Shown in pieces: positions 49,586 through 64,000 of a DNA stretch of 64,000 nt. This DNA is from Escherichia coli 042 (GTDB lineage Bacteria; Pseudomonadota; Gammaproteobacteria; Enterobacterales; Enterobacteriaceae), in NCBI RefSeq assembly GCF_000027125.1, contig NC_017626.1; one strand, 5' to 3'. The number at the start of each line of letters is the position of its first letter. Positions within the stretch are counted from its first letter, which is position 1. The notes under the pieces are model-generated. The model was given only the letters and a program-made list of their open reading frames with translations. It searched no databases and was not told the DNA's origin. Both the position numbers and the translations under genes were made by a program.

Positions 49586-49774
49586 TTAATGAACTGCCTT
49601 GCAGCTATCCTTCCAGGCCAGAACCTCGGATAAAGACCAGCCAACGGAACGACCGCCAAGTTTACGACGTGATGGGAATTGTCCGGCCTTTTCCAGGCGG
49701 TAGCGACACGTACGGCTAAGGCCGGTTAGTTTTTCGCATTCTTTTTCACGTATAAACCGATCAGTGCTTAACAC
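49586..49774 (-). CDS. alpA: AlpA-family excision/transcription regulator
   Basis: 62 aa MLSTDRFIREKECEKLTGLSRTCRYRLEKAGQFPSRRKLGGRSVGWSLSEVLAW. Confidence 0.8.
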   Translation of the reverse strand: MLSTDRFIREKECEKLTGLSRTCRYRLEKAGQFPSRRKLGGRSVGWSLSEVLAWKDSCKAVH

Positions 49775-50048
49775 TATTGCCCCCCCTTTCGTTTCTTAAA
49801 GAGTCATCAGGTGTCTTATTGTGTCGTATTGTTCCCGCTAGAGTGATGAATGGCAAATATTGAGGATGTATGATTTACAGAAAATGAAACAGTAAGAATA
49901 AAATCTTTTAAATTCATGTTAATACAAAGGCATAAAATATTGTTTCATGCCTTTTTTCTCGCTCTTTAAAGAGTGATTCGCTAGTGTATAAAAAACCAGT
50001 GACACATTAAAAATCAGCCACTTATAAATCTGTATGCTTTTTCGCCTC

Positions 50049-50123
50049 TTGTTCGTGGTTGTTCCACATTGTTGCTCATTGTTGCACGTTGTATCTGTTC
50101 GCATATACAGTATGCGCATACTG
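50049..50123. promoter_or_regulatory. Five TTGTTSC-like repeats at ~10-bp spacing plus 16-bp perfect palindrome CAGTATGCGCATACTG (50108-50123) in int-alpA intergenic region
   Basis: Seen directly. Confidence 0.4.
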
Positions 50124-50140
50124 AAAAAACACGAAAAAAA

Positions 50141-51370
50141 TTATTTTCTTCTGGCTACTGGTAGCGTGGTTACGTTTTCATGTGTTCCCGCCAGTATCCC
50201 TAACCGCTCCGTCCACATATCCAGCGCATTGCGTTTAGCATCCAGATAACGGGAATGATTATAAACTCGCTGCATTCCTGGCATCTGGTGGCCTGTAAGC
50301 TGCTCCACGACATGCGGATCAACGCCTAAATCGTTCAGCATGGTTGTAAAGGTGCGCCGGATGTCATGCAGTGACCAGTGAGGATGATTAAGCCTCCTGT
50401 GCGCTAATCTTCCATACTGCGATACGCTGGCCTCCTGTTTCACTTCCCCCAGCAATAAGCCCGTGTGCCTGTTCTGCTCCACCAGCTGCGTGACGAACGG
50501 CAGGATCGCTTCCGGTATGGGCCGGAATATTGCGACCTTCGTTTTGCTGTGCTCCTTCGGAACGGTCCATAGCATTTCCGTAAAATCCCACTCCCCGATC
50601 TCCGATAACCTCAGTTCTACCGTTCTGGCTCCGAAGACAATCAGGAGGCGGATTAACGCGACGTAGTAAGGGGAGAATATTTTTTTGTCCAGTGCCTGCA
50701 ATAATTCGCCAAGTTCTTTGTTACTTAAGACACGTTCGCTTATATCCGGTTTTTTCCCAACGTCCGCCACGTTCAGATCGTCCAGAACGTTGCTGATTGC
50801 ATAGCGCCGCCTACGGCAGAACTTAAGCGCCTGTTTGCACGCCTGTAGCACGAATCCGGCAGTAACAGGCGTTCGCTTTGCCACCTGGTCAAAACAGGCC
50901 AGCCAGTGCCGTAGCTCGCATTTATCCAGCGGCATAGCACCAATCTGCTGTATTACGTGATTATTAAGTCGCCTTTTCAGGGCGATATAATCCACGCGGT
51001 TTTCCTTTACGTAATACTCAAGCCAGTAGGTGAGCGCATCGCCAACCGTTACCGGCTTTAACGCTTCCTGTACGGTGTAATTAAGCTCATGACGTGGATT
51101 TTTCCCCTCTGCCAGCCATGCGCGACACTGGGCGGCTTTTTCCCTGGCTGATTTCAGGCTCAGATCAGGATAACTTCCCAGCTTAATGCGTTCGGGTCGT
51201 GTCTCCCTTCCCGTTCCGGCCCTGTATGTGAAATACCAGGTCAATTTCCCTGATGTTAAATATTTCACGCTCAGGTTTCCGCCATCACTATAAAACGTGT
51301 TTTTCTCCGCTGGCTTACCATGAAGTTTCCTTAGCAAGGTATCGCTCAGTTTGTTCATTGCTCTGCTCAC
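50141..51370 (-). CDS. int: P4-type tyrosine integrase (start GTG 51370 or ATG 51358)
   Basis: 409-aa ORF; catalytic region ...HDIRRTFTTMLNDLGVDPHVVEQLTGHQMPGMQRVYNHSRY; adjacent to attR. Confidence 0.9.
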   Translation of the reverse strand: MSRAMNKLSDTLLRKLHGKPAEKNTFYSDGGNLSVKYLTSGKLTWYFTYRAGTGRETRPERIKLGSYPDLSLKSAREKAAQCRAWLAEGKNPRHELNYTVQEALKPVTVGDALTYWLEYYVKENRVDYIALKRRLNNHVIQQIGAMPLDKCELRHWLACFDQVAKRTPVTAGFVLQACKQALKFCRRRRYAISNVLDDLNVADVGKKPDISERVLSNKELGELLQALDKKIFSPYYVALIRLLIVFGARTVELRLSEIGEWDFTEMLWTVPKEHSKTKVAIFRPIPEAILPFVTQLVEQNRHTGLLLGEVKQEASVSQYGRLAHRRLNHPHWSLHDIRRTFTTMLNDLGVDPHVVEQLTGHQMPGMQRVYNHSRYLDAKRNALDMWTERLGILAGTHENVTTLPVARRK

Positions 51371-51394
51371 GTTTTACCCCCTCTTTACGAAAAA

Positions 51395-51418
51395 GTGACT
51401 ACACCAGTGACTACACCG
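51395..51418. repeat. Arm-type tandem repeat GTGACTACACC-AGTGACTACACCG near attR
   Basis: Matches 40594-40617. Confidence 0.55.
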
Positions 51419-51545
51419 ATCGTTGCACAAAGGGCTACAACGTGAAACAAGCTGGAACAAGGAAAATCACAAATCTGTTGATAATCAAAAACATAATGCA
51501 CAGCCTGAAACATTATGAAACAGCAAAAAACACCAAATGATAAAA

Positions 51546-51554
51546 TGCTGTTAT
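51546..51554. repeat. attR core direct repeat TGCTGTTAT
   Basis: Identical to 40512-40520. Confidence 0.65.
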
Positions 51555-51567
51555 TCTTAACCCGCTG

Positions 51568-52452
51568 GTGCAACACATGGTCCGCTGGCGAGTGCCGCGT
51601 GTACTGGCGGTGTCGATTTTGATGACCATCATCGTGATGGCGATGGTGTTGCTGTTAGCTTATCTGGGTTCCGCGCTCAACGAGTTGACGCGGACGTTAC
51701 CGCAATATCGCAACTCTATTATGACGCCGCTGCAAGCGATTGAACCGTTGTTGCAACGCGTAGGGATTGATGTCTCAGTTGACCAACTGGCGCATTACAT
51801 TGATCCGAACGCGGCGATGACGTTGCTCACCAACTTATTGACGCAGTTATCTAATGCCATGTCATCAATATTTTTATTGCTGCTGACGGTGCTGTTTATG
51901 CTGCTCGAAGTGCCACAATTGCCCGGAAAATTTCAGCAAATGATGGCGCGTCCGGTTGAAGGGATGGCGGCGATTCAGCGTGCGATTGACAGTGTTTCTC
52001 ATTATCTGGTGCTGAAAACAGCCATCAGCATCATCACCGGCCTGGTCGCCTGGGCGATGCTCGCCGCACTCGATGTTCGCTTCGCTTTTGTCTGGGGATT
52101 GCTGGCCTTTGCGCTTAATTACATCCCTAATATTGGTTCAGTTCTCGCAGCAATTCCCCCTATCGCTCAGGTACTGGTGTTTAATGGCTTCTACGAAGCG
52201 TTGTTGGTGCTGGCGGGATATCTGCTGATTAATCTGGTCTTCGGCAATATTCTGGAGCCGCGCATCATGGGACGTGGGCTGGGGCTTTCGACATTGGTGG
52301 TATTTTTGTCGTTGATTTTTTGGGGATGGTTGTTAGGACCGGTGGGTATGCTGCTTTCCGTGCCGTTGACAATTATTGTCAAAATTGCGCTTGAACAAAC
52401 AGCGGGAGGTCAAAGCATCGCCGTTCTGTTAAGCGATCTCAATAAAGAGTGA
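51568..52452 (+). pseudogene. tqsA: tqsA 3' fragment (lacks first ~55 codons; internal GTG/ATG present)
   Basis: [26 protein letters not shown]... continues TqsA frame to native stop. Confidence 0.85.
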
Positions 52453-52476
52453 CGGCCTCCGCAGAGGCCGTCAGGG

Positions 52477-53868
<1,392 letters not shown>

Positions 53869-53875
53869 TTACCCC

Positions 53876-55471
<1,596 letters not shown>

Positions 55472-55931
55472 TCATGTACGAGCTAAATGTTACTCCGTTA
55501 AAATAAATTAGTAACAAACGCCCTATAACGTACTGAAAATTATGCCTGTGATCTAGCGCCAAAAATCAGTATTTCGGCGTGAACTCGCAAAATATTAACG
55601 ATTCAGCCGTGATAGTGGGATAAACACCTTAGAACGCCGGATAAAGACTGATAATTGTCTTCGACGGTCGGGTAAAACGTGATATCACCCCGGCACGAAT
55701 CACTACTTAACATTAAATTAACTTATACAATTCAGTTGCTTCAGTAGTATTGATGCTGATACGGCTGTTTTTTAAGCATAGACGGTCATTTGAGCAGGAT
55801 TAAAATTGGCTTAAGGAATGTGATATGAAAAATGACGCAGACAGTTACACCGTTTAAATGCAATAATCAGCCACGTTTCTCGTTAATAACAATACCAGTA
55901 CCTGGTTTGCGCAAGGCGAAGGATTATTTTT

Positions 55932-56876
55932 ATGAAGCTTAAGAACACCCTCCTGGCGTCGGCACTGCTTTCTGCTACGGCATTCTCCGTTAACGCAGCA
56001 ACAGAACTGACACCGGAGCAAGCGGCAGCGGTTAAACCTTTTGACCGTGTAGTGGTTACCGGTCGTTTTAATGCTATTGGCGAAGCGGTGAAAGCCGTTT
56101 CTCGTCGCGCAGATAAAGAAGGTGCCGCCTCTTTTTATGTTGTCGACACTTCTGATTTTGGTAACAGCGGTAACTGGCGTGTGGTCGCTGACCTCTATAA
56201 AGCCGATGCTGAAAAAGCAGAAACTGAAAAGAATCGTGTCTTCAACGGGGTAATTGAACTGCCTAAAGACCAGGCTGTTTTGATCGAACCGTATGACACA
56301 GTTACCGTCCAGGGCTTCTTCCGCAGCCAACCGGAAGTGAACGATGCCATCACCAAAGCGGCAAAAGCGAAAGGTGCCTACTCTTACTACATCGTTCGTC
56401 AAATCGATGCCAACCAGGGCGGCAACCAGCGTATTACTGCATTCATCTATAAAAAAGATGCAAAGAAACGTATCGTCCAGAGCCCGGATGTAATCCCGGC
56501 AGATTCCGAAGCAGGACGTGCAGCTCTGGCTGCCGGTGGCGAAGCCGCGAAGAAAGTTGAGATTCCGGGTGTTGCGACTACCGCATCACCAAGCTCTGAA
56601 GTCGGTCGCTTCTTTGAAACCCAGTCATCAAAAGGCGGGCGTTACACCGTCACGCTCCCGGATGGCACTAAAGTCGAAGAACTGAACAAAGCGACCGCAG
56701 CGATGATGGTCCCGTTCGACAGCATCAAATTCTCTGGCAACTACGGCAACATGACTGAAGTCTCCTATCAGGTTGCGAAACGTGCCGCGAAGAAAGGTGC
56801 TAAGTATTACCACATCACCCGCCAGTGGCAGGAACGTGGTAATAACCTGACCGTCAGCGCAGATCTGTATAAATAA
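55932..56876 (+). CDS. ydgH: Periplasmic DUF1471-repeat protein YdgH
   Basis: Signal peptide MKLKNTLLASALLSATAFSVNA; 314 aa. Confidence 0.9.
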   Translation: MKLKNTLLASALLSATAFSVNAATELTPEQAAAVKPFDRVVVTGRFNAIGEAVKAVSRRADKEGAASFYVVDTSDFGNSGNWRVVADLYKADAEKAETEKNRVFNGVIELPKDQAVLIEPYDTVTVQGFFRSQPEVNDAITKAAKAKGAYSYYIVRQIDANQGGNQRITAFIYKKDAKKRIVQSPDVIPADSEAGRAALAAGGEAAKKVEIPGVATTASPSSEVGRFFETQSSKGGRYTVTLPDGTKVEELNKATAAMMVPFDSIKFSGNYGNMTEVSYQVAKRAAKKGAKYYHITRQWQERGNNLTVSADLYK

Positions 56877-57061
56877 CTATTCAGTTACTCCTATAAGGCG
56901 GCTTGATGCCGCCTTTCGCATTTTTAGTCACAAATTTCCCCGCGACCATTGCATGCAGACACATCTCTTCGTAAAATCCCGCGCTTCAGTGGCAAACTCC
57001 ATTTTTATGCGTTTTGCCCTAATATTTATTCTTCTTATCACGTTTTAATCACTGGATATCG

Positions 57062-58444
57062 ATGGAAAAGAAACTGGGACTGAGCGCACTCACCGCGCTG
57101 GTATTAAGCTCAATGCTGGGCGCGGGTGTTTTCAGTCTGCCGCAAAATATGGCGGCAGTTGCCAGCCCGGCAGCACTGCTCATCGGCTGGGGCATTACTG
57201 GCGCTGGCATTTTATTGCTGGCCTTTGCCATGCTGATCCTCACGCGCATTCGTCCCGAACTTGACGGCGGTATCTTTACCTATGCCCGCGAAGGGTTTGG
57301 CGAGCTAATCGGCTTTTGTTCCGCATGGGGATACTGGCTGTGCGCAGTCATCGCCAACGTCTCCTATCTGGTGATCGTTTTTTCCGCGTTAAGCTTTTTT
57401 ACGGACACGCCGGAATTGCGCCTGTTTGGCGATGGTAATACCTGGCAATCGATCCTCGGTGCATCGGCTTTATTGTGGATTGTTCACTTTTTGATCCTGC
57501 GCGGAGTGCAAACCGCTGCCAGCATTAACCTGGTGGCGACACTGGCAAAATTGTTGCCGCTGGGTCTGTTTGTTGTGCTGGCGATGATGATGTTCAAACT
57601 GGATACCTTCAAGCTCGACTTCACCGGACTTGCACTTGGCGTACCCGTTTGGGAACAGGTGAAAAACACCATGCTGATCACCCTGTGGGTTTTCATTGGT
57701 GTGGAAGGTGCCGTGGTTGTTTCTGCGCGTGCGCGTAATAAACGTGATGTTGGCAAAGCGACACTGCTGGCGGTTCTCTCCGCTCTGGGCGTTTACTTGC
57801 TGGTAACGCTGCTTTCGCTGGGCGTGGTGGCACGTCCTGAACTGGCTGAAATTCGTAACCCGTCAATGGCCGGTCTGATGGTGGAAATGATGGGACCGTG
57901 GGGCGAAATCATCATCGCTGCCGGTTTGATCGTTTCCGTTTGCGGCGCGTACTTAAGCTGGACCATCATGGCGGCAGAAGTTCCGTTCCTGGCTGCCACT
58001 CATAAAGCATTCCCACGCATTTTTGCGCGCCAGAACGCACAAGCTGCGCCATCCGCCTCACTGTGGTTGACCAACATCTGCGTGCAAATTTGTCTGGTAC
58101 TCATCTGGCTGACCGGTTCCGATTACAACACGTTGCTGACCATCGCCTCAGAAATGATTCTGGTGCCCTATTTCCTGGTCGGCGCGTTCTTGCTGAAAAT
58201 CGCAACCCGTCCACTGCATAAAGCGGTAGGTGTCGGTGCCTGCATTTATGGCTTATGGTTATTGTACGCCTCTGGTCCAATGCACTTGCTGTTATCCGTT
58301 GTTCTGTATGCGCCGGGGCTGCTGGTTTTCCTGTATGCGCGTAAAACGCATATACATGATAACGTACTGAACCGTCAGGAAATGGTGCTAATTGGCATGC
58401 TGTTAATTGCCTCAGTTCCGGCGACCTGGATGCTGGTGGGATAA
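57062..58444 (+). CDS. ydgI: Putative arginine:ornithine antiporter YdgI (ArcD-like)
   Basis: 460-aa APC-family transporter. Confidence 0.9.
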   Translation: MEKKLGLSALTALVLSSMLGAGVFSLPQNMAAVASPAALLIGWGITGAGILLLAFAMLILTRIRPELDGGIFTYAREGFGELIGFCSAWGYWLCAVIANVSYLVIVFSALSFFTDTPELRLFGDGNTWQSILGASALLWIVHFLILRGVQTAASINLVATLAKLLPLGLFVVLAMMMFKLDTFKLDFTGLALGVPVWEQVKNTMLITLWVFIGVEGAVVVSARARNKRDVGKATLLAVLSALGVYLLVTLLSLGVVARPELAEIRNPSMAGLMVEMMGPWGEIIIAAGLIVSVCGAYLSWTIMAAEVPFLAATHKAFPRIFARQNAQAAPSASLWLTNICVQICLVLIWLTGSDYNTLLTIASEMILVPYFLVGAFLLKIATRPLHKAVGVGACIYGLWLLYASGPMHLLLSVVLYAPGLLVFLYARKTHIHDNVLNRQEMVLIGMLLIASVPATWMLVG

Positions 58445-58480
58445 CGTTCATCCCATCGTTGGATAGCAAAGGAGATAACG

Positions 58481-59203
58481 ATGGGTAAAGCCCAGCCCTT
58501 GCCAATATTAATTACTGGCGGAGGTCGTCGCATCGGCCTCGCACTCGCCTGGCATTTCATTAATCAAAAGCAACCGGTGATTGTCAGCTATCGGACGCAC
58601 TATCCAGCCATTGATGGACTGATTAAGGCAGGTGCGCAGTGTATTCAAGCTGATTTTTCGACCAACGACGGTGTGATGGCGTTTGCCGATGAAGTACTAA
58701 AAAGTACCCATGGTCTGCGTGCTATTTTGCATAACGCCAGCGCGTGGATGGCGGAAAAACCGGGTGCGCCACTGTCCGACGTGCTGGCTTGCATGATGCA
58801 GATCCACGTTAATACCCCATACCTGCTCAACCATGCGCTAGAAAGATTACTGCGTGGGCACGGACACGCCGCCAGCGATATCATTCACTTTACCGATTAT
58901 GTGGTGGAGCGCGGTAGCGACAAACATATTGCCTATGCTGCAAGCAAAGCGGCACTGGATAATATGACCCGCTCGTTTGCCCGCAAGCTGGCACCGGAAG
59001 TGAAAGTGAATTCTATTGCGCCATCGCTGATCCTGTTTAATGAACATGATGATGCCGAATATCGACAACAGGCGCTGAATAAATCACTGATGAAAACCGC
59101 GCCTGGCGAGAAAGAAGTGATCGACCTGGTCGATTACTTACTTACCAGCTGCTTTGTCACCGGACGCAGTTTCCCTCTTGATGGCGGTCGTCATCTGCGT
59201 TAA
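58481..59203 (+). CDS. folM: Dihydromonapterin reductase FolM (SDR)
   Basis: ILITGGGRRIGLALA Rossmann motif, YAASKAAL catalytic motif. Confidence 0.95.
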   Translation: MGKAQPLPILITGGGRRIGLALAWHFINQKQPVIVSYRTHYPAIDGLIKAGAQCIQADFSTNDGVMAFADEVLKSTHGLRAILHNASAWMAEKPGAPLSDVLACMMQIHVNTPYLLNHALERLLRGHGHAASDIIHFTDYVVERGSDKHIAYAASKAALDNMTRSFARKLAPEVKVNSIAPSLILFNEHDDAEYRQQALNKSLMKTAPGEKEVIDLVDYLLTSCFVTGRSFPLDGGRHLR

Positions 59204-59535
59204 TGCAGCTTAATCCAGCATATAATCAACACCCATACGCTTATCCCCCAGCATGCAACAGAACCAACAAAAGCGGCGGGCAAGCGCATCATTCCGGTGA
59301 AATACCACAGCGACGCCAGGTAAACAAAATAGGGAATAATCGACCACATGCTAAAAATGATGGTTGCGCGTAAGGCTTCAATGCCGCGTTCGCTGGCAAC
59401 AATATAATGCGCGATGAGCGCAAAGGTCGGGAAAAGTGGGATCAGCCCGGCGATATAATAATTTTTCGTTTTTGCTAAAACACCAATCAACAGCACTACC
59501 AGCGCACCGAGCGCGGCTTTGATTACCAGCCCCAT
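59200..59535 (-). CDS. ydgC: GlpM-family membrane protein YdgC
   Basis: 111 aa, 4 TM. Confidence 0.9.
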   Translation of the reverse strand: MGLVIKAALGALVVLLIGVLAKTKNYYIAGLIPLFPTFALIAHYIVASERGIEALRATIIFSMWSIIPYFVYLASLWYFTGMMRLPAAFVGSVACWGISVWVLIICWIKLH

Positions 59536-59663
59536 CTTTTTACCTTAACACTTCCATAACAAGTCATCAGTAGAATACCTGATGAAACCTTGTTTAGAAA
59601 CGATTGATAGTAAGTAAAAACAGCGCGGTGTATTGTGACGTTTTTATATCTACCGTGAATAAT

Positions 59664-60383
59664 ATGAACACTATCGTATTTGTGGAAGATGATGCGGAAG
59701 TCGGTTCACTGATTGCTGCGTACCTGGCAAAACATGATATGCAGGTTAACGTAGAGCCGCGCGGCGACCAGGCCGAAGAAACTATTCTGCGAGAAAATCC
59801 GGATTTGGTGTTACTCGACATCATGCTACCAGGCAAGGATGGCATGACCATTTGTCGTGATTTACGCGCAAAGTGGTCCGGACCGATTGTTCTTCTAACC
59901 TCTCTCGATAGCGATATGAACCACATCCTGGCACTGGAAATGGGTGCCTGCGACTATATTCTCAAAACGACACCCCCTGCTGTATTGTTAGCGCGCTTAC
60001 GTTTGCATTTGCGTCAAAATGAGCAAGCCACACTGAGCAAAGGTCTTCAGGAAACGTCTCTGACGCCCTACAAAGCCCTGCATTTCGGCACGTTGACCAT
60101 CGATCCCATCAACCGCGTAGTCACCCTCGCTAACACTGAAATCTCGCTCTCGACAGCTGATTTCGAATTATTGTGGGAATTAGCTACCCATGCTGGGCAA
60201 ATTATGGACCGCGATGCATTGCTGAAAAATTTACGCGGCGTCAGTTATGACGGACTGGATCGTAGCGTGGACGTGGCTATTTCGCGGTTAAGAAAAAAAC
60301 TGCTCGATAACGCCGCAGAACCTTATCGCATTAAAACTGTGCGTAACAAAGGCTATCTTTTTGCGCCTCATGCATGGGAATAA
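59664..60383 (+). CDS. rstA: Two-component response regulator RstA
   Basis: MNTIVFVEDDAEVGSLIAAYL...; receiver plus OmpR-type winged helix; 239 aa. Confidence 0.95.
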   Translation: MNTIVFVEDDAEVGSLIAAYLAKHDMQVNVEPRGDQAEETILRENPDLVLLDIMLPGKDGMTICRDLRAKWSGPIVLLTSLDSDMNHILALEMGACDYILKTTPPAVLLARLRLHLRQNEQATLSKGLQETSLTPYKALHFGTLTIDPINRVVTLANTEISLSTADFELLWELATHAGQIMDRDALLKNLRGVSYDGLDRSVDVAISRLRKKLLDNAAEPYRIKTVRNKGYLFAPHAWE

Positions 60384-60386
60384 GCG

Positions 60387-61688
60387 ATGAAAAAACTGTT
60401 TATCCAGTTTTACCTGTTATTGTTTGTCTGCTTCCTTGTGATGTCTCTGCTGGTTGGGCTGGTGTACAAATTTACCGCCGAACGCGCGGGCAAACAGTCG
60501 CTGGATGATTTGATGAACAGTTCGCTGTATCTGATGCGCAGCGAATTGCGTGAGATCCCCCCACACGACTGGGGTAAGACGCTGAAAGAGATGGATTTAA
60601 ATCTCTCTTTCGATCTGCGTGTCGAGCCACTGAGTAAATATCATCTTGATGATATTTCCATGCACCGGCTGCGTGGCGGCGAAATTGTCGCCCTGGACGA
60701 TCAGTACACGTTTTTGCAACGTATCCCGCGCAGCCACTACGTGCTGGCAGTTGGTCCTGTTCCTTATCTTTATTACCTCCATCAGATGCGATTACTGGAT
60801 ATCGCCCTGATCGCTTTTATTGCCATTTCCCTCGCCTTTCCGGTGTTTATCTGGATGCGTCCGCACTGGCAGGATATGTTAAAACTGGAAGCAGCGGCGC
60901 AACGATTTGGCGATGGGCATCTCAATGAGCGTATCCACTTTGATGAGGGTTCGAGCTTTGAACGACTTGGCGTCGCATTTAACCAGATGGCGGACAATAT
61001 CAACGCCTTGATTGCCAGCAAAAAACAGCTTATTGACGGTATCGCTCATGAACTGCGAACACCGTTAGTGCGCCTGCGTTATCGACTGGAGATGAGCGAT
61101 AACCTGAGCGCCGCCGAATCCCAGGCGTTGAATCGCGATATCAGTCAACTTGAAGCTTTAATTGAAGAGCTGCTGACTTATGCCCGACTCGATCGCCCAC
61201 AAAACGAGCTTCATCTTAGCGAACCAGACCTGCCGTTGTGGCTGTCAACGCATCTGGCAGACATTCAGGCAGTAACGCCCGATAAAACGGTACGGATTAA
61301 AACGCTCGCGCAAGGCCATTATGCGGCGTTGGATATGCGCTTAATGGAGCGCGTGCTGGATAATTTGCTCAATAACGCCCTGCGCTACTGTCACTCAACG
61401 GTTGAAACCAGCCTGCTACTGTCGGGGAATAGAGCGACATTAATTGTTGAGGATGATGGCCCAGGGATTGCCCCAGAAAACCGCGAACATATCTTTGAAC
61501 CTTTTGTTCGCCTCGATCCCAGCCGGGATCGCTCAACCGGCGGCTGCGGGCTGGGGCTGGCAATTGTCCACTCTATAGCACTGGCAATGGGCGGTACGGT
61601 TAATTGTGACACCAGCGAACTGGGTGGTGCTCGCTTCTCGTTTAGCTGGCCGTTATGGCATAACATCCCGCAATTTACCTCTGCCTGA
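60387..61688 (+). CDS. rstB: Sensor histidine kinase RstB
   Basis: HAMP, H-box IAHELRTPL, GGCGLGLAIV G-box. Confidence 0.95.
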   Translation: MKKLFIQFYLLLFVCFLVMSLLVGLVYKFTAERAGKQSLDDLMNSSLYLMRSELREIPPHDWGKTLKEMDLNLSFDLRVEPLSKYHLDDISMHRLRGGEIVALDDQYTFLQRIPRSHYVLAVGPVPYLYYLHQMRLLDIALIAFIAISLAFPVFIWMRPHWQDMLKLEAAAQRFGDGHLNERIHFDEGSSFERLGVAFNQMADNINALIASKKQLIDGIAHELRTPLVRLRYRLEMSDNLSAAESQALNRDISQLEALIEELLTYARLDRPQNELHLSEPDLPLWLSTHLADIQAVTPDKTVRIKTLAQGHYAALDMRLMERVLDNLLNNALRYCHSTVETSLLLSGNRATLIVEDDGPGIAPENREHIFEPFVRLDPSRDRSTGGCGLGLAIVHSIALAMGGTVNCDTSELGGARFSFSWPLWHNIPQFTSA

Positions 61689-61730
61689 CACTACGCGCAC
61701 GATGGTCAAGTCACCACCATTGTGCTATAA

Positions 61731-64000
<2,270 letters not shown>

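Larger units (their letters stand above)
40521..51545. mobile_element. ~11-kb integrative phage-satellite-like island (PICI-like) inserted in tqsA
   Basis: Splits a conserved gene; 9-bp direct repeat at both junctions; P4-type integrase at one end; alpA, pri-rep, ssb, terS, capsid genes, cos sites; no tail/portal/TerL genes. Confidence 0.85.

Noticed and set aside
40521-51545. Island as a complete or defective lambdoid prophage
   Set aside because: No portal, protease, scaffold, large terminase, tail or lysis genes; only ~11 kb; PICI-type int-alpA-pri-rep backbone. A satellite fits better than a prophage remnant, though it cannot be proven from sequence alone.

Overview
This window is Escherichia coli chromosome from the terminus-proximal region, recognised by recalling protein sequences (no search was run). 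It holds three parts. (1) 1..19200 is the right half of a Qin-like lambdoid prophage, running from rrrQ to intQ. Unlike my recollection of K-12 it carries an intact 835-aa YdfE-like exonuclease, an intact IntQ with an Xis-like gene, a DDE transposase insertion and an flxA with a premature stop. (2) 19368..40530 and 51568..64000 are core genes in K-12 order: rspBA, ynfA-D, speG, ynfEFGH-dmsD, clcB, ynfK, mlc, ynfLM, asr, ydgUD, mdtIJ, then pntBA, ydgHI, folM, ydgC, rstAB, tus and partial fumC. (3) The most interesting feature is an ~11-kb integrative element at 40521..51545 that splits tqsA. It is bounded by a 9-bp direct repeat and has matching arm-type repeats at both ends. It encodes a P4-type integrase, AlpA, a primase/replicase-type ATPase with a downstream iteron array, SSB, a PerC-family regulator, a Nu1-like small terminase, lambda E-like and D-like capsid proteins, and two inverted near-identical lambda-type cos sites. 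It has no portal, protease, large terminase or tail genes. I read it as a phage satellite (PICI-like) that parasitises a lambda-like helper. Whether this exact architecture has been described I cannot tell from sequence alone. No rRNA, tRNA or CRISPR arrays were seen.
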